This document shows, piece after piece, positions 1-12,476 of a stretch of 64,000 bases of DNA. The notes under the pieces were generated by a model. It was given only the letters and a program-made list of their open reading frames with translations, did no database searches and was not told the DNA's origin. Origin of the DNA: Babesia bigemina (lineage: Eukaryota); assembly GCF_000981445.1 (NCBI RefSeq), contig NC_027218.1:2852001-2916000 (forward strand), in the 5' to 3' direction. Positions within the stretch are counted from its first letter, which is position 1, and each line of letters opens with the position of its first letter. The position numbers and the translations under genes were made by a program.

Positions 1-155
1 GAACTCGCATATACCACTCGTTACACGGCACAACAACGGATACAGCCCACAACACATCGCTACTCTTTGTGAGTGGCGCCATGGTCATCCCCGAGGCAGG
101 GGAGGCGCGGCGTAGCCGCGGTGGTGCTGACTGGCCAAGGGCATATATCGCTTAC

Positions 156-322
156 CTGCCGCAAATGACGGCGGTCTGGGCGTGGCTGAAGACGGTGGTG
201 ATAGTGAGACAGCCAGGGCAGCGCACGTCCATGAAGAACGAGTTAGGGTTCTGCACCAGCCTCTTAAGCTTGTGCTTCTTGGCCTCCTCCTTGGGGTCCA
301 CGTGAAGGCAGTCGAACTCCAT
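156..322 (-). CDS. RPS27: 40S ribosomal protein S27 (eS27), exon 1; remainder probably lies beyond the window start
   Basis: Manual translation from ATG 322: [55 protein letters not shown], then a GTAAG donor at 155. Matches the eS27 signature KHKxKRLVQxPNSxFMDVxCPGC. Not in the ORF track. Confidence 0.95.
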
Positions 323-956
323 CTTTATCGAGTCAGATGCCCCAGTTTATATTGCTATGGCTTGGACGACTGCGCAAGGTATGATTGGTCGGCGGATTAG
401 GTCGCTTACTCCGGTCACTTGAGGAGTGTCTCAAGGCTCCCGGTGTTGCTCCTCGGTTGCTGTGCGGCGCGGCGACAAAAGAGCTGTATCTCGAGCTCCT
501 TAATATGTGATTGAAGGTTGCTATTGTGCCAGGATTGTGAGTAGCCGCGGCGGCGAGGTAAAGGCGCCCTTGCCGCGATGGGGAGGCCGGCGCCCCGGCG
601 CCCCATGAGTGGGATTCTAACATCGCGCCGGCACATCGATATACAGCCACGGGCAACAGTACTTAACGTACACATTTAGCTACGGTCGTCCGCTGCCTTT
701 GAATCGCCTCCTGGCGCGCTTCACCCATGTTTGTGTTCGCCTTCCGACGCACGAGGAATCGTTTCGCGTCCACTTCAGTCACCCTTATTTGCCATCGATT
801 TGCCATAATATCCGATGCGGGACGTACGTAGGTGCCGATATTTCCGGCGTCTGTCCAATGTGTCGGCCTTCTTCCACTACGCGGCTTGAGATTTGTGAGG
901 CCTCCGCGTCAGCATAACTCCACATTACCACTGCAAACTAGCCATAATACTCAATA

Positions 957-2883
957 ATGACGCCGAGGGGACGTCATGCTGCCGTGTAGCGTGACGAACT
1001 TCGCTGTGTGTAGATTTGGTTATCGTGCGGGTTGCGCGAGGCATTAGTCGGTCTTGCCCGGCGCCTGAAGTACGTGATCACCGCGGAGGTCAGGATGGTG
1101 TTGCTAACGGACTACAATCTGCTGATCGAGTCGATTTATTCGCACCGGTCGGAGTGCGTGCTGGCCCACCTCCAGAGCGGATGCTTCTTCGAGACCGACC
1201 TTCGTGGCCTGTTCCGAGGTGACGAAGTGGGCGTCGACCGCCGCATCAAGCGGCATCTGTCCGCGCCGTGCATATTTCCATCGGTTCAATCCGTAATCCC
1301 GGCCTACGCGCGTACTACTGCGCTGTCTGTCTGCCGGGATTCCTGCGCGGGTGTATACCACGACCTCGAGACAGGAAAATGCATCAGCCGCATATCGCGG
1401 TCGGTGTACTCCAACCGTGTGCCGAGCGGGATCACGGATCTGGGCGGAACGTGCACGCATCTGGCCTCCGCGACGGACAGCAGCAGCCCCCTGGTTTTCC
1501 TCTCCACCGCTCTGGGGGACATCAACGTGATTGACTTGCGCGTCGGAGTGAAAGGCGAATTCGGGCACCCGGTGATGTCACTGAGCCGATGCCACTCAGG
1601 GGCGATCTCGTGCATGTACAACTTCCGCGGGTTCAGCTTCAGCCTCGTCTCCGGGGGGTACGAAGACGGTAAACTCAACTTCTTCGACCTGCGCTTCCCG
1701 TACGACCACGTCAAGAGCCCCTACGTGGAGCGCCCCATGCCGCTGCGGTCGTTTGAAATGCACCTGCGGAACCAGACGAAATACGTCGACATGGACGAGA
1801 CCGACCAGCAGATTTTGAAGCACATGAAGCTGGGGCGCCTGACCAGCATGGCCGTGAGCCACGACGAGCGGCTCATAGCGCTCGCGAACGGGCAGTCTGA
1901 GATCGTTATTTGCTCCGCCCACGAGGATGTGCGGATTCTCAAGATGGGCTTCCTGTCCGCCAAGGACGACTACGCCACCTCGATACAGTTCGGGCCCCAC
2001 GACATGGATCTCTACTGCTCGACGTACGACCTCATCGCCGGCATAGAGCGTTGCAAGCGTTACCTGCCGGGCGCCAGCGCGGTTAACTCCGATGCGCCGT
2101 ATCCCCACCCGTACAACTTTGTCATGTGGCCCATGCTGAACTTCATGAGCAACGACTGGGTGACGTCGTCGATCGAGCAGTTCGGATACCGTGACGACTT
2201 CGAGCTCGTGGAGGACACGCAGACCAGCTCGCTGTTCGGCGCCTCCGCGGGCATGGTCCCCGCGAGGGGGGACGCCCACGCAGACGTGCGGGACACGGAG
2301 GACTCGAAGTCCGACGATGAAAGGGACCAGCTATCGCGGCATTCCAGTGTTGTCGGTGACCACGAGACGCAGGTCGTGTCGGACGAGGATGAAACGGACG
2401 GAGAAAGTGGAGATGATTTCAGTTCACCCATGAGCTTCCTCAACGTGACCAGGGGGCGGGACGCCGAGATGAGGCACCGGTCATTCCGCAACCACCGCCC
2501 GGGCGTCCTGCACCCGCTCATATTCACCATATGCAACGACTACGCGGTGTCAACGGGCGGCTGCGAGGCAGGCACGGCGACAGTGGACGTCTGGGACCCG
2601 CAAAACCAGCAGCTGATATGCTCCGCCAGCACGCCAGAGGTATGTCTATGTCCTATTTTTAACCATTTGTTAGACGCGCAACGTCCGCTTCGAACACATC
2701 TGCAGCGGAGATGACGGCGTTGTGCTCTTGAGTGGCACGTTCGAGCGCTCCGTCGACCGAATCCCGTTGACGTCGGAGGATTACGGGCACATCAACAAGT
2801 GCGTGTGCGTTATGAAGCCCATTTCCAGGGAGGTGCTGATCGCCGAAGGTGCGTCCAGCGTCTTGAACTGCTCGGCGCTCTAG
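957..2883 (+). CDS. WD40-repeat protein (5' end uncertain)
   Basis: 560-aa ORF 1032-2714 with WD40-like strands (HSGAISCM...LVSGGYEDGKLNFFDLR; GDINVIDLR; TVDVWD). A 34-nt GT-AG intron at 2640-2673 adds a last exon ending in TAG 2881-2883. ATG 957 plus a 30-nt intron is a tentative start. Confidence 0.65.
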
Positions 2884-3654
2884 AAGTCGCCGTCTGAGTC
2901 CGACTCGTCGTTCCACCGCTTCCTTTGGATCTGCACGTTGCTGAAGCCGGCACTCGATTCTTACCTTTATGTTGGAGACGTTCTTCGCAGCCGCCGCTCC
3001 CATTGCCTGCGTTTCAGAATGTGTCTACTGCCAGACTTGTTTTGTGAGATGTCATGTGCACACTAGGTACTCATCGCATGTATTTCATACATAAACACAT
3101 CAGGATATAATGTGTGCACTGACAGTTCGCGGTACCACCGGGCGCAGCACCGCGTGCGAGATTACGCCAACATATGCGACTGCATATGCCCGAGGCGCTG
3201 CCCCTTCGCTTCCACCAACTTACCTCGATGAGATTTTTCAGCTCGGCGTCGTCCATTTTGTGGCTCCTACCGGCTCTAAAGGCCGTCTGGGTTCATTTTA
3301 GAGGCATATTGCAGTGCTTTCACGTACCTGCATGAGGTAGTTCTCGATTTGGGCAGCCTTCTCCGGCTTGACCATTGAGATGCGGTTAACTGCAGGTTAT
3401 GTGGCCGAGTGCCAGAGACATACGTCTTTCCTGTGCGTCCACAGTGAGCAGCGTGCGCATGGTCATGCGCCTGGCCTCCAAGATGCCCCTGCGCCGCTGT
3501 GATGGGTTCCTTCCTGCCACTCACTCGCGCTTGGCCTCCTCTTGCATCTGCTTCTGCGAAACATGAAACGACGCCTGCGCTGCCATACCTCCTGCTGGTT
3601 GTGGGGAATAGCCTGCGCGTTCTGCGCCGCCTGGCTGAAATCCAGCTTCTCCAT
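2880..3654 (-). CDS. PDCD5: Programmed cell death 5 (PDCD5/TFAR19) family protein, many small exons
   Basis: Spliced by eye: MEKLDFSQAAQ...ILEARRMTMRTLLTVDAQER/LNRISMVKPEKAAQIENYLMQ/...MDDAELKNLIE/AMGAAAAKNVSNIK/IQRKRWNDESDSDGDF*. Matches the PDCD5 core (RLxxIxxVKPEKAxxVENYL) and its acidic tail. Confidence 0.85.
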
Positions 3655-3743
3655 GGCCGCTGACGTTTGTCTGCCCCGTTGGTGAGTGATGTGCAGGCGG
3701 TCCACGACCCCCGAGGTTCCCGCCGCACAGCTATTTCGTAGCA

Positions 3744-5370
3744 CTATTCAAGGTTAATTTCGCATGTCTCGCTGAACTGCGCGTGGAAGATTGCACTAGC
3801 GCTTTCCGCCGCCTCGAATGTCGGCGCTTTTGGTGTGCACGTGTGTACTCGTATAGCGACGGCACGGCGTCGTAGCCGTTTGGCGACTTGGCCGATCGTG
3901 CTGAGCGGCATACTCTCAAAAGCGCCGGGGGAGAGCTGTAGAGTCAGCATGGCTAGCGCAAGGTCGCGCTCATCGATGGAATCCACGTGAGCCAGGGCCT
4001 TGGCCGCCAGTCGGTGAAGTCGTACGCGACAGCTTTCGTCGACAGCCTGGGCCGCGGAAACGCACGCATCCACCAGAATCCGCGATGGAGGTACGTGTCG
4101 CAGAAGATTCCTTAGGCAATGGTCGCTGACGTGCTCTGCTACGTCTCCCACTGCCGTGTCTCGCAGCCCGAAGAAGGCTGCGCAGCTGAGCACCTCCGCC
4201 GTCCCTGTTCGACATTAGCGTTTGTTGCAGCGTGAACGTACCGTGTGCGCTCCACGATTGCGGTTGTGTGCGATACAAGTGCAAGACTTTGTCGATCAGC
4301 TCCGGGTGGTGGATTCCAGCTCGTACCAGGCACCTCAGCACCACCCGCAGTACCCTGGGTTCCGCTCTCTGCGCCGCTTTTGGATTACCACGCGACTCAT
4401 GACCGGAACTGGCGACAGCTGAAACGCCCACTGCGCCGATGCGGCTGTTGATGCCGGATACCAGATGCTGCATTTGCGCTACCCGGCGGGCGTACGTCTC
4501 GTCACTGAATTTCGTCCACTGCATCGTCTGAACGACGGCGTCAAAAGTATCCGCGATTCCCTCTACATCAGCATCGCTGTCATTCGCGCGCATTAGAGTG
4601 TGATCAATGACCCCGTCTATTGCGTCAGCCAGTGCGGCGCCAACGTGAGCTGCCCTCCCTCCGCCATCCATGCTTTCATTCTTGCGTCGCGCCCACAGTA
4701 TGCTGGCTTGCGCAGCCAGCGCATTGGCGAAGTTAGAGGCGTCCTTGAAATCAACGGCGGCGCTCATTTTATTGAGGTAATGCGACGCTATCTGCTGCAG
4801 CGTCAGGGGGTCGAGCGCCTCCCCGCATGTAGAGAACGCCCTTAACGCCGAGTACACGTTCCTGCATCTCGACGGACGAAGCAGAGTTTCTGCGTTGGAT
4901 TCCAGGTGCCGCTTGAGCCGGCCGACTGGGATGTCCAGGCGTGACCTGCTGGCGGCAGTGAGCGCCTGCCAGAGGTCGATGATGTTGAGATTCTCAGCGT
5001 CGGCCACCTTCCTCACGAACAGCTCCCTGGTCGCGGCTTCCAGACGCACACCTGACTCGGAGAGGTAGTAGACGACGGTTATGATGGCGCTGGGCGTCCA
5101 TTGTTCGGCGCTGGTGTGTGCGACCTTCTCCTGGATTAACGCGGCGACGTCGCGGCCGTAGTCGCGTGCTGCGGGCTCGCGTGCCGCACACTTGGCACTG
5201 GTGCCGCCGGAAAGGTGGCTGTGTACCGCCTGAGGCGGGATGTTGCGGTCTTTAAGCGCCTTTGCAGCCACAAACTTGATGGTCTGCGGCAGCACGCTGT
5301 CGTCCAGTTCCAGCAACCGCCTCAACACACCCGAACCTTTTGCGCGTCTAAGGTATGAAAATGGTACCAT
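3744..5370 (-). CDS. Hypothetical, Ala/Leu-rich helical protein, at least two exons
   Basis: Long ORF 3970-5376 joined by a probable short intron near 4205-4237 to ORF 3744-4193. No motif recognised. Confidence 0.6.
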
Positions 5371-5395
5371 TAACACATAACATTATATTGCGAGT

Positions 5396-7080
5396 TCACT
5401 TGAGAGCGGCCGCAACCTCACCGGCGTTGGTGACGGTGGCTCCGGTGGCGGGGTCGACGACCAGGAGGTGGCCGTCATCGATGAGCTGCTGCAGGTCCAT
5501 CTCGGCCAGCTTGTGCGCGTTCTTGTCGTGCTTGGCGCCCTCCATCTTCCGGACGGCGAGAGCGTCCTCCATGGCCCGCTCCTCCACGCTGGCGATGGCG
5601 CGCTCCCACTCCTCCGGAGGGAGCTCCTTGGCGCCCGCTATTCTCTCGCGCAGCTGCTGCGCGTAGTCCTCGAAGTCAGCCCTCAGCGGGTCGTCGCGGC
5701 GCATGCGGCGGAGGTACGACTCCAGCACCGTCTCGTTCTTCAACTTCAGCCAGTTGGGGCCCCTCTGGTGGATGAGCTCCACCTGGTTCTCCACGCGGGT
5801 GGCGTACGATGGGTTGATGCGCATGCCCAGGATGCGGTAGTGCTCCATCATGTTGTGGAAGCACTCCAGGGGCGAGGCCATCGGCGCGTCCACGGCGGCG
5901 CCGGCAGGCAGCACGAACAACGCATTCACGTCGTCGCCGAGCGACAGCACCCGCGCACCGCCGTTCTTGTCGTGGCCGCACTTGGAGAGGATGTACTGCA
6001 GCTGGAACCGCGACTGCACCGGCACCAGCGGGTCGCAGAGGAAGCAGAAGTTGCCCATCAGGTTGGCCAGCGTCTGCTCGGCGGCGTGCTTCTCGCTCGT
6101 GAGCATCGCCATGTGCGTTTCCTCGCCGGTGTGCTCCTCACCGGTGCCGAAGTCGTCGGGCTCGAACCTCGCCACGCGCTCCAGCTGGCGCTTCTCCCTG
6201 CGCCGCTGCGTGACGGCGAACTCCTTGAACCGCTGGTCCTCCAGGTGCGTCAGCCACTGCCACGGCGGCAGGTCCGGGAAGTGCCTGAAGTCGTCGCCGG
6301 TGCGCAGCAAAAAGTACGACATGTGCTCGAAGAACTGCTTGCGGTTGATGTCGTAGTACTCCCAGGCGGGGAGGTGGTGCATGTACTCGTACAGCATGGG
6401 TGTGTCGGTACGCTCGTTGAACTTGACCATTCTGGAGTTCCAGCTGGCCTTGTTGGCCTCCACCACCGCCGGCGCCTCGGGGTCGGGGGCGTCACCGGAC
6501 TGCGAGTACATGCCGTGCTTCTCCACGAAGGCCTGCCAGTACTGGTCGCTCTCGAGCCACTGCGAAATCATGACACACGCGAACATACACGTGCGCGTAC
6601 CTCGTTGGTGTCGACCTTCCACACGGGCGGGTTGTTCTGCGACAGCCACAGCGCCTTCGAGCCGTCGGCGACGATCTTGTTCACCGTTCGCGTCGCCTGC
6701 TTGCAGTTCTGCCGTGCGGCCTCGTAGAGCTCCCAGTGCGACTCGAGGTGTGAGGAGTCCCCTTCGGCGGCAGCCGCCTTCTCGATCATCGCGATGTTCG
6801 CGTCGTACGTCTGCTTCATGTGGCGGAGGATGTCCTTGTGCGCGATGAGGCCCTCCCACCGGTCCCAGTCGACCACGTCGGGCTGCCGCTGCGCCGCTTC
6901 CACGGTGTTCGACACCGCAAGCTCGGCGTTCTTCAGGTCGGTCCAGCACGCCTCCTGCTTGGCATCTCCGCCGGTCGCGAAGGCGCCGAGGTTCAGCCAG
7001 GTCTGCGTGGACGACCCGGAGCCACCGGCGGCCGAGCGCAAGGCTCGGCTCCTCGCAAATAGAGCCCTGATTGTGGCCAT
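5396..7080 (-). CDS. Mitochondrial ATP synthase subunit d (extended apicomplexan type)
   Basis: Arg/Ala/Ser-rich presequence and VDWDRWEGLIAHKDIL resembling the subunit d IDW motif. A 41-nt intron (6560-6600) joins ORF 6568-7080 to the C-terminal part of ORF 5396-6949. Size fits the enlarged apicomplexan subunit d. Confidence 0.75.
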
Positions 7081-7619
7081 TTCGCGTTTACGGATACGAC
7101 GAGGCTAATCCAGCGTCTGAGCCGTCACACGGCCCCGGTCTTCCCTGGCCATCTCCCCACGCGCGCCTCCGTCCACGGGCTCTGGATCCAACGTGCTGCC
7201 GTCAGCGACCTGTCAGTTTCGCGAATGGGCGTTAAAATGCCAACATCATCGCTGATGTCTGCGATGTTAGCCACTCGAGAGCCGTTCGGCCCGTGTGCTA
7301 GACGGATTGATGCGTGTATCTGGCGCGGTGTGTAGGACTAAAGACACCCATCAGTGGTCCACGCCCAGTAGTGTCGATCTTGTCGTATACACCGGGAGTA
7401 TCAATCCCAAGCGATGTGCTACAGACGCTTGCCAGCAGCATATAGCTCGTGCCGATGTGGAGCCACAGCACCAAACTTAGGACACCGATACACAACTGCG
7501 TTAGGCAGTAGATGCCGCGCATACATCTTAAGCTAGTTACAACAGCTGCGATGGGCTGTGATTTACGCTAATTGCTGCCACGTGGCCAGCATGCAATGGC
7601 TTGACTAATTGGTCTATCT

Positions 7620-9754
7620 TTACATTTCCATTACGAGCCTAAAGGCCAAGTACAGCACTGGAAGCAGCACTAGGTTGAGGGCTGCGATCAACGTCCACGT
7701 TGAATTGGCGTACGAGTTGAAGCCCATCGCTGCGCTGCGTTATACACGGGGGAGGTTCGCTCACCTGACGAGATCTCGAAGTCCTGTTCCAGCAGCTGCT
7801 GCTTGTCGCTGTCGTCCTGCTTATGGGCGGATGGGACCAGCCCCACGGCCATGGCGTCTCGGTCGAAGATCGCCATGTAGCGGTTGATGAAGCTCACGCC
7901 CATTACGAACAGCGGCCCTTTGGGCTTCGGCACGTCCATCGCCATTATGCCCACCGCACAGCGCGTTCCCATGTCTGGTGTCCATTCAGCCTTGGCGGCT
8001 GTGCGTTGTTGACCGCCTGATGTGGCGTCACGATCGTTGCCGTCGTCGGCTTTGCGGCCAGATTTCGTAGCGTCGCCCTTTTCGGAACTCGCTGTCGTAT
8101 CCCTGGCCGCACCGCCGCCCGCATCGTGGTTCCCGTCGCTGCGTTGACCGTGGTCGCCTGCTGCCTCGCCGGGCTGCGAGCTGCCGCTGCTGGTGGCCGT
8201 GGCGAGATGCATTCCGAAGTCGGCGTCGTCCTCGTCCATGCGTACCAGGTAGTCTTCCGGGGACATGTCGAACTTGATGCGCCTGCCGAGCATGTCGACG
8301 AACACGAACGAGATGGTGGGCAGCGACGCGGCGTTGGAGCAGTCCCCGGAGAGCGACAGTTTCTCCAACAGTGGCCCAACTACCTCGGATGGCCCCGAAA
8401 TGAGACTGCTGCCGGTGTCGATGGCCGCGTTGTACTTCCGCTGCAGCTCCATGGGCTTGCCGTCGATCAGGATCGAGTCCATCTCGATCTCCCAGAAATC
8501 GGTGGAGACCACGGGGAACCACCAGGGGCTGTGCCCAGGGAGCACGTACATGGGGTCGATGCTGCCGAACGACAGCGTGCCGGGTTGCGTGCGGTCTTTG
8601 GTCATGTAGAAGGCCATGATGTTGCGATTGAGCAGTTTCTGCACGCGGATGTGCCGGTGGAGGCGGGTGCCAATCACCCACCTGCTTGACGATGTTGTCC
8701 ATCAACGGAAGCGCGTCCGTGTCGGCGCTGAACGCTGCGTCCGGGAACCCCAGGCCAACCAGCCCGTCGAATGGCAGGTCGCCGAACGGGTGGTCACTCT
8801 CGTAGGTGGCCAGCCCCAGCGACTGGTTCTTGACCTCCAGGGGGCCGATCCTGACGGTGTCAGCTCCCAGCGCGAGGACTGCACGGTCATCAGGTGCGTC
8901 GGAAACCAACATACCGCATTCGCCGGTGCCGTACTGTATGTACGCGTTGGAGGCCACGCTGCCGGGCGCCGGCTCCCTGTACGTGCTCGACTGCGTGGAG
9001 TCGAATTGCCGGTGTCTGGCGCATCCGTTGCTGCATTCATTTGGGGGACAACGTAACCCGCGCGACCTACCTAGAACACTGCTTCGAAGGGATCCAGAGT
9101 TGGCTGGACCCGGTGTCGAACACCTGCGGTGTGATGAGGCTGCATGACGGCGCCACTCACCACTACGAACTTCGACGGCGGCGTGCCCACCTCGATCTCC
9201 CCGAAGTACTGGTTGTTCTCGAAGTTGAACAGAAACTGCCGGAGCATCTGCGCGCCAGGTCCGCCTGAAACCGTCGTGGTTTCAGCTGGCGGAGTGGCGG
9301 TCTCCGCAGACTGCCAGATGAACGACGAATCATGGCCTTTGACTTTTGTATGCGTTTTCTCATGCGCTGGCGAGCCTTTTCCGGTATGGTGCACGTTGTT
9401 GTCGGACCCGGGTTTCCGCCTGTTCTTGGCATTGTTGAGCTGCGTGAACCTGTGCAGCTTGATGGCATACTTGGGCTTCATGAACAGTTGCGATGTCAGC
9501 ATGCGCGGATACTGCGCCCTCAATGAACGCTGCAGCGTTTGCGCTGGCGTGTTCCATATCGGCGTGGCCTTCTTGTCAATCGCGGCAACATCCGCACCTG
9601 CGTACGCGTCGATGATGACATCCCGGTGGCAGTCGGCGCCGCGGCATTGCTGCGACCTCGAAATTGCAGCAGATTGCAGGTTGTCCCCGAGTCCGTGCAC
9701 ACATCTCAGGTATGCTGCCGCGAAAACGACGGCATACGCAGACGTGACCCTCAT
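7620..9754 (-). CDS. Pepsin-family (A1) aspartic protease, eimepsin/ASP2-like, with signal peptide and hydrophobic C-terminus
   Basis: QYFGEIEVGTPP-x-FVVV/FDTGSS (split by an intron), second catalytic IDTGSS, IQYGTG flap and FDGLVGLGF. The last exon after the intron near 7730-7764 encodes AMGFNSYANSTWTLIAALNLVLLPVLYLAFRLVMEM*. Confidence 0.9.
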
Positions 9755-10199
9755 TGATGTTGCGATGTGTAGGCTGACAACAGCTGCGATCACACGAAAA
9801 CGTTGCGCAAGGCCTCAACGAAGCTCATACTTCATTGTTTAACTCAATATCCGGCGCCAATAGGAGTGTTAACACGGGCGGAAGGAACGCTACGAGAGCA
9901 GTTCATCCATCAGTGTGTGTAGACACGTGCCGACAGAGCTCTGGTAACGTCTCTGTCCGACGGGGTAACAATTGGAGGCAATACTGTAATTATGATGCGA
10001 TTAAGCTGAGTATAAGCCTGATGTGTATACAAAGCGGGGCATTATAGCACCACTACCACCCGTTACGGCGTGGCGACAAAACGACATCGTGTGTGACAGA
10101 AAAAGCTTCCACGCCTATTCACCCTTGCCGTGGCACGTTTTCCCTAGGTTGTTGTACATAGCACTCATTCTGCATCATGTGAGGCGATGGACGTGGTCG

Positions 10200-12098
10200 T
10201 TACCTTCTCCAGAAGTGGACCGCGGCCCAGCCGGCGGCGGCGTGGAGGACGACCACGCCGAACACACGCCACAGCCACCAAGCGCTGACGGTGTATGCCA
10301 CGAGCACTTGCTCCGTGTAGTACGGCTCCATGCCGTGCAGCGCCAGTCTGGATACGTTTACTGTGATTTCTTGTATGGATACAGCTGCGCCGAGCACCAT
10401 CCGCTGTCGTTGTTTCACTTCTACCACGGCGTCACGTGGCGAATCCACTCGAGTGACCTTGGCACCTGACATATTAACTGGGTTGCGCACGTTGCGTTTG
10501 CTTACCTGGTGGCAGCGTTAAAGTGTGCGTCGCCCTGTGGATATACATGTAGTATATCGCCGGGTACAGCGGGGCGCATACGACAAACTCCCCGCCTTTC
10601 ACATAATTCCAGATCCAATCGGCGACGCGAAAGGCGTTGTTGAGAGCAAATCGATCGATTGGCGTGTATCCCACTTCCTTTCTGGAGTGCAGGATGCATG
10701 GCGGTAGGCGGTACTGCACCGTGAACGACGCCTTCCATCCACCCAGCAGCGGGTACCTCGGCAGCAGCTGCAAACGGTGGTGTCGCTATCCGAAATTCAC
10801 TTACATGTACGGACTTGTAGTTATGTGACGCATTCCTGTCGATCAGGTACGCCCGTGAGATGTTTCCGATGTCATCGTAGTATCTGAGTTTGGTCGCCTG
10901 CTGCGGAAATAGCGCGTCCATGTATGTCACGAAATTCCCGCCGCCACGGCGAGCGCCCTCATTCCTATCTATTTCTCTCAGCGTTTCCAGGGAGAAGTGG
11001 CCCTTTGAAATTTTTAGTGTCATCTAGTGTACCTACCTCTACCGGCGAGGCATCGTTGTAAACCACGTAATGCTCCGCAATCTGGATATGGCCACTGAAG
11101 GGGCACATAGGGACGCTGATTTGCTTATGCAGCTGTGGGATATATTCCAGACTGTCGGTGCAGTCGATGGTGAGAACCATGGGCTCCCCAGAAGACAGCA
11201 GCTCCACTTTGTCGAACGGTCCGCAAAGGAAGATATTCTCCGCTATCTCACTCAAAGTGGCGTAGACGTGTAACGAAACCACGTCTATATTGAGCTCGGA
11301 CATCAATATAAGCCGCGTTTTCTGGGAGACGGAGTGGTAGGGGCTTGGAAGCAGCGTGCTGAGGCCGAAGGCAACCCGTTGCTGTTCACCTAACTGCAGG
11401 CGGCGTTGCAGCGGAGTGTACGGCTTCCCCAGATAGTAGTCGACCCTGACCTTGGTGGTGGTTTCAGCGCCGATGGTTTCGTCCAGATGCACTCGGTACA
11501 CCGCCGGGTAGCAGGAGTCCCTGCAGGCGGCATCTTGTTTGAATGACTGGTATTCGTCATCGGGGAGGACGTGAACGCAATCACGTTCGGCTCTTGATAC
11601 ACCTCTAATCAGTTTAACCTGCAACTTTGACTTGGTTTCGCTGTCAATGGCGGCGATCTCGTTCGTCTGCATGGCCTCGTGGAACGGCAGGATGAACAAA
11701 AAATCGTCACACCCTCCCTGCCTTAGGCACTTCAGCACCATCAGGTGGCTGACATGCACCGGTTGTGTAGGGAGTATGACATGGCGCGTGGCCGCAAGGA
11801 TCTGCCAATCGTCACGGGATCTCCGCAGCGTCGCCCCAATACCATCTGGCGTGTCTTCAATGCCCGGCGACCATGCTCGGAGGACCACCTCCCTGAGCTC
11901 AGAGAGGCCATAGCAGGCACAGTTCAGGAAGTTGATGGGCCTCTCAGTGTCAATATCGACCACGACGTCGTCATCCCAGAATGTGTGCTTGTCAACGCCA
12001 TCGTCAGCAAGTATTGCTCGGATGCTGGTTATGGCAATCACCAAAAACAACGCCAAATAGACACCGAATGCGCCTAATACCAATTCCTGGCCATTCAT
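10200..12098 (-). CDS. Ribophorin I (oligosaccharyltransferase subunit 1)-like, multi-exon
   Basis: YYDDIGNIS and LLPRYPLLGGWKASFTVQYRLP match ribophorin I motifs (YYRDxIGNIST; PRFPLFGGWK). Hydrophobic N-terminus and C-terminal TM segment. Confidence 0.8.
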
Positions 12099-12476
12099 CT
12101 TGACTCTAGCTGCCGTGGAAGGCCACTTTCACAGAGAATTAAGGGCATTGTTCCGGTAAGATCACGCCGCGTTCCCCGCCAGGGCCTTCTACGCCGCCTT
12201 CAGATAGTACGCGACACATCTGCCGTAGACGCGTTTAATACATCTGCGCGTAGCTCATGTGTTCCAATTATGAGTGGAAGGTCCCGTCAGCGGCAACATT
12301 TTAGCATATCTATCCTAACATGGACACCACCACGATATCCTTCTCGCGGCAATACCTCGCCGTGAGGACACATATTAGTTCGTCGTGATCACTTTGTGCT
12401 ATTTGTGTCTATACATGTCGCTGCAGTGTGTTAAATTCCGCATTCTGTCGTGAGATAGCGTCATGTGTATCGGCCG

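Noticed and set aside
5468..6727. 419-aa + strand ORF and similar long antisense ORFs (e.g. 1596-2279, 16359-17165, 60889-61986)
   Set aside because: Shadow ORFs opposite GC3-biased real genes, with no independent motifs.
6601..6949. N-terminal part of ORF 5396-6949 as listed in the ORF track
   Set aside because: Wrong frame upstream of the 6560-6600 intron; the real exon 1 is ORF 6568-7080.
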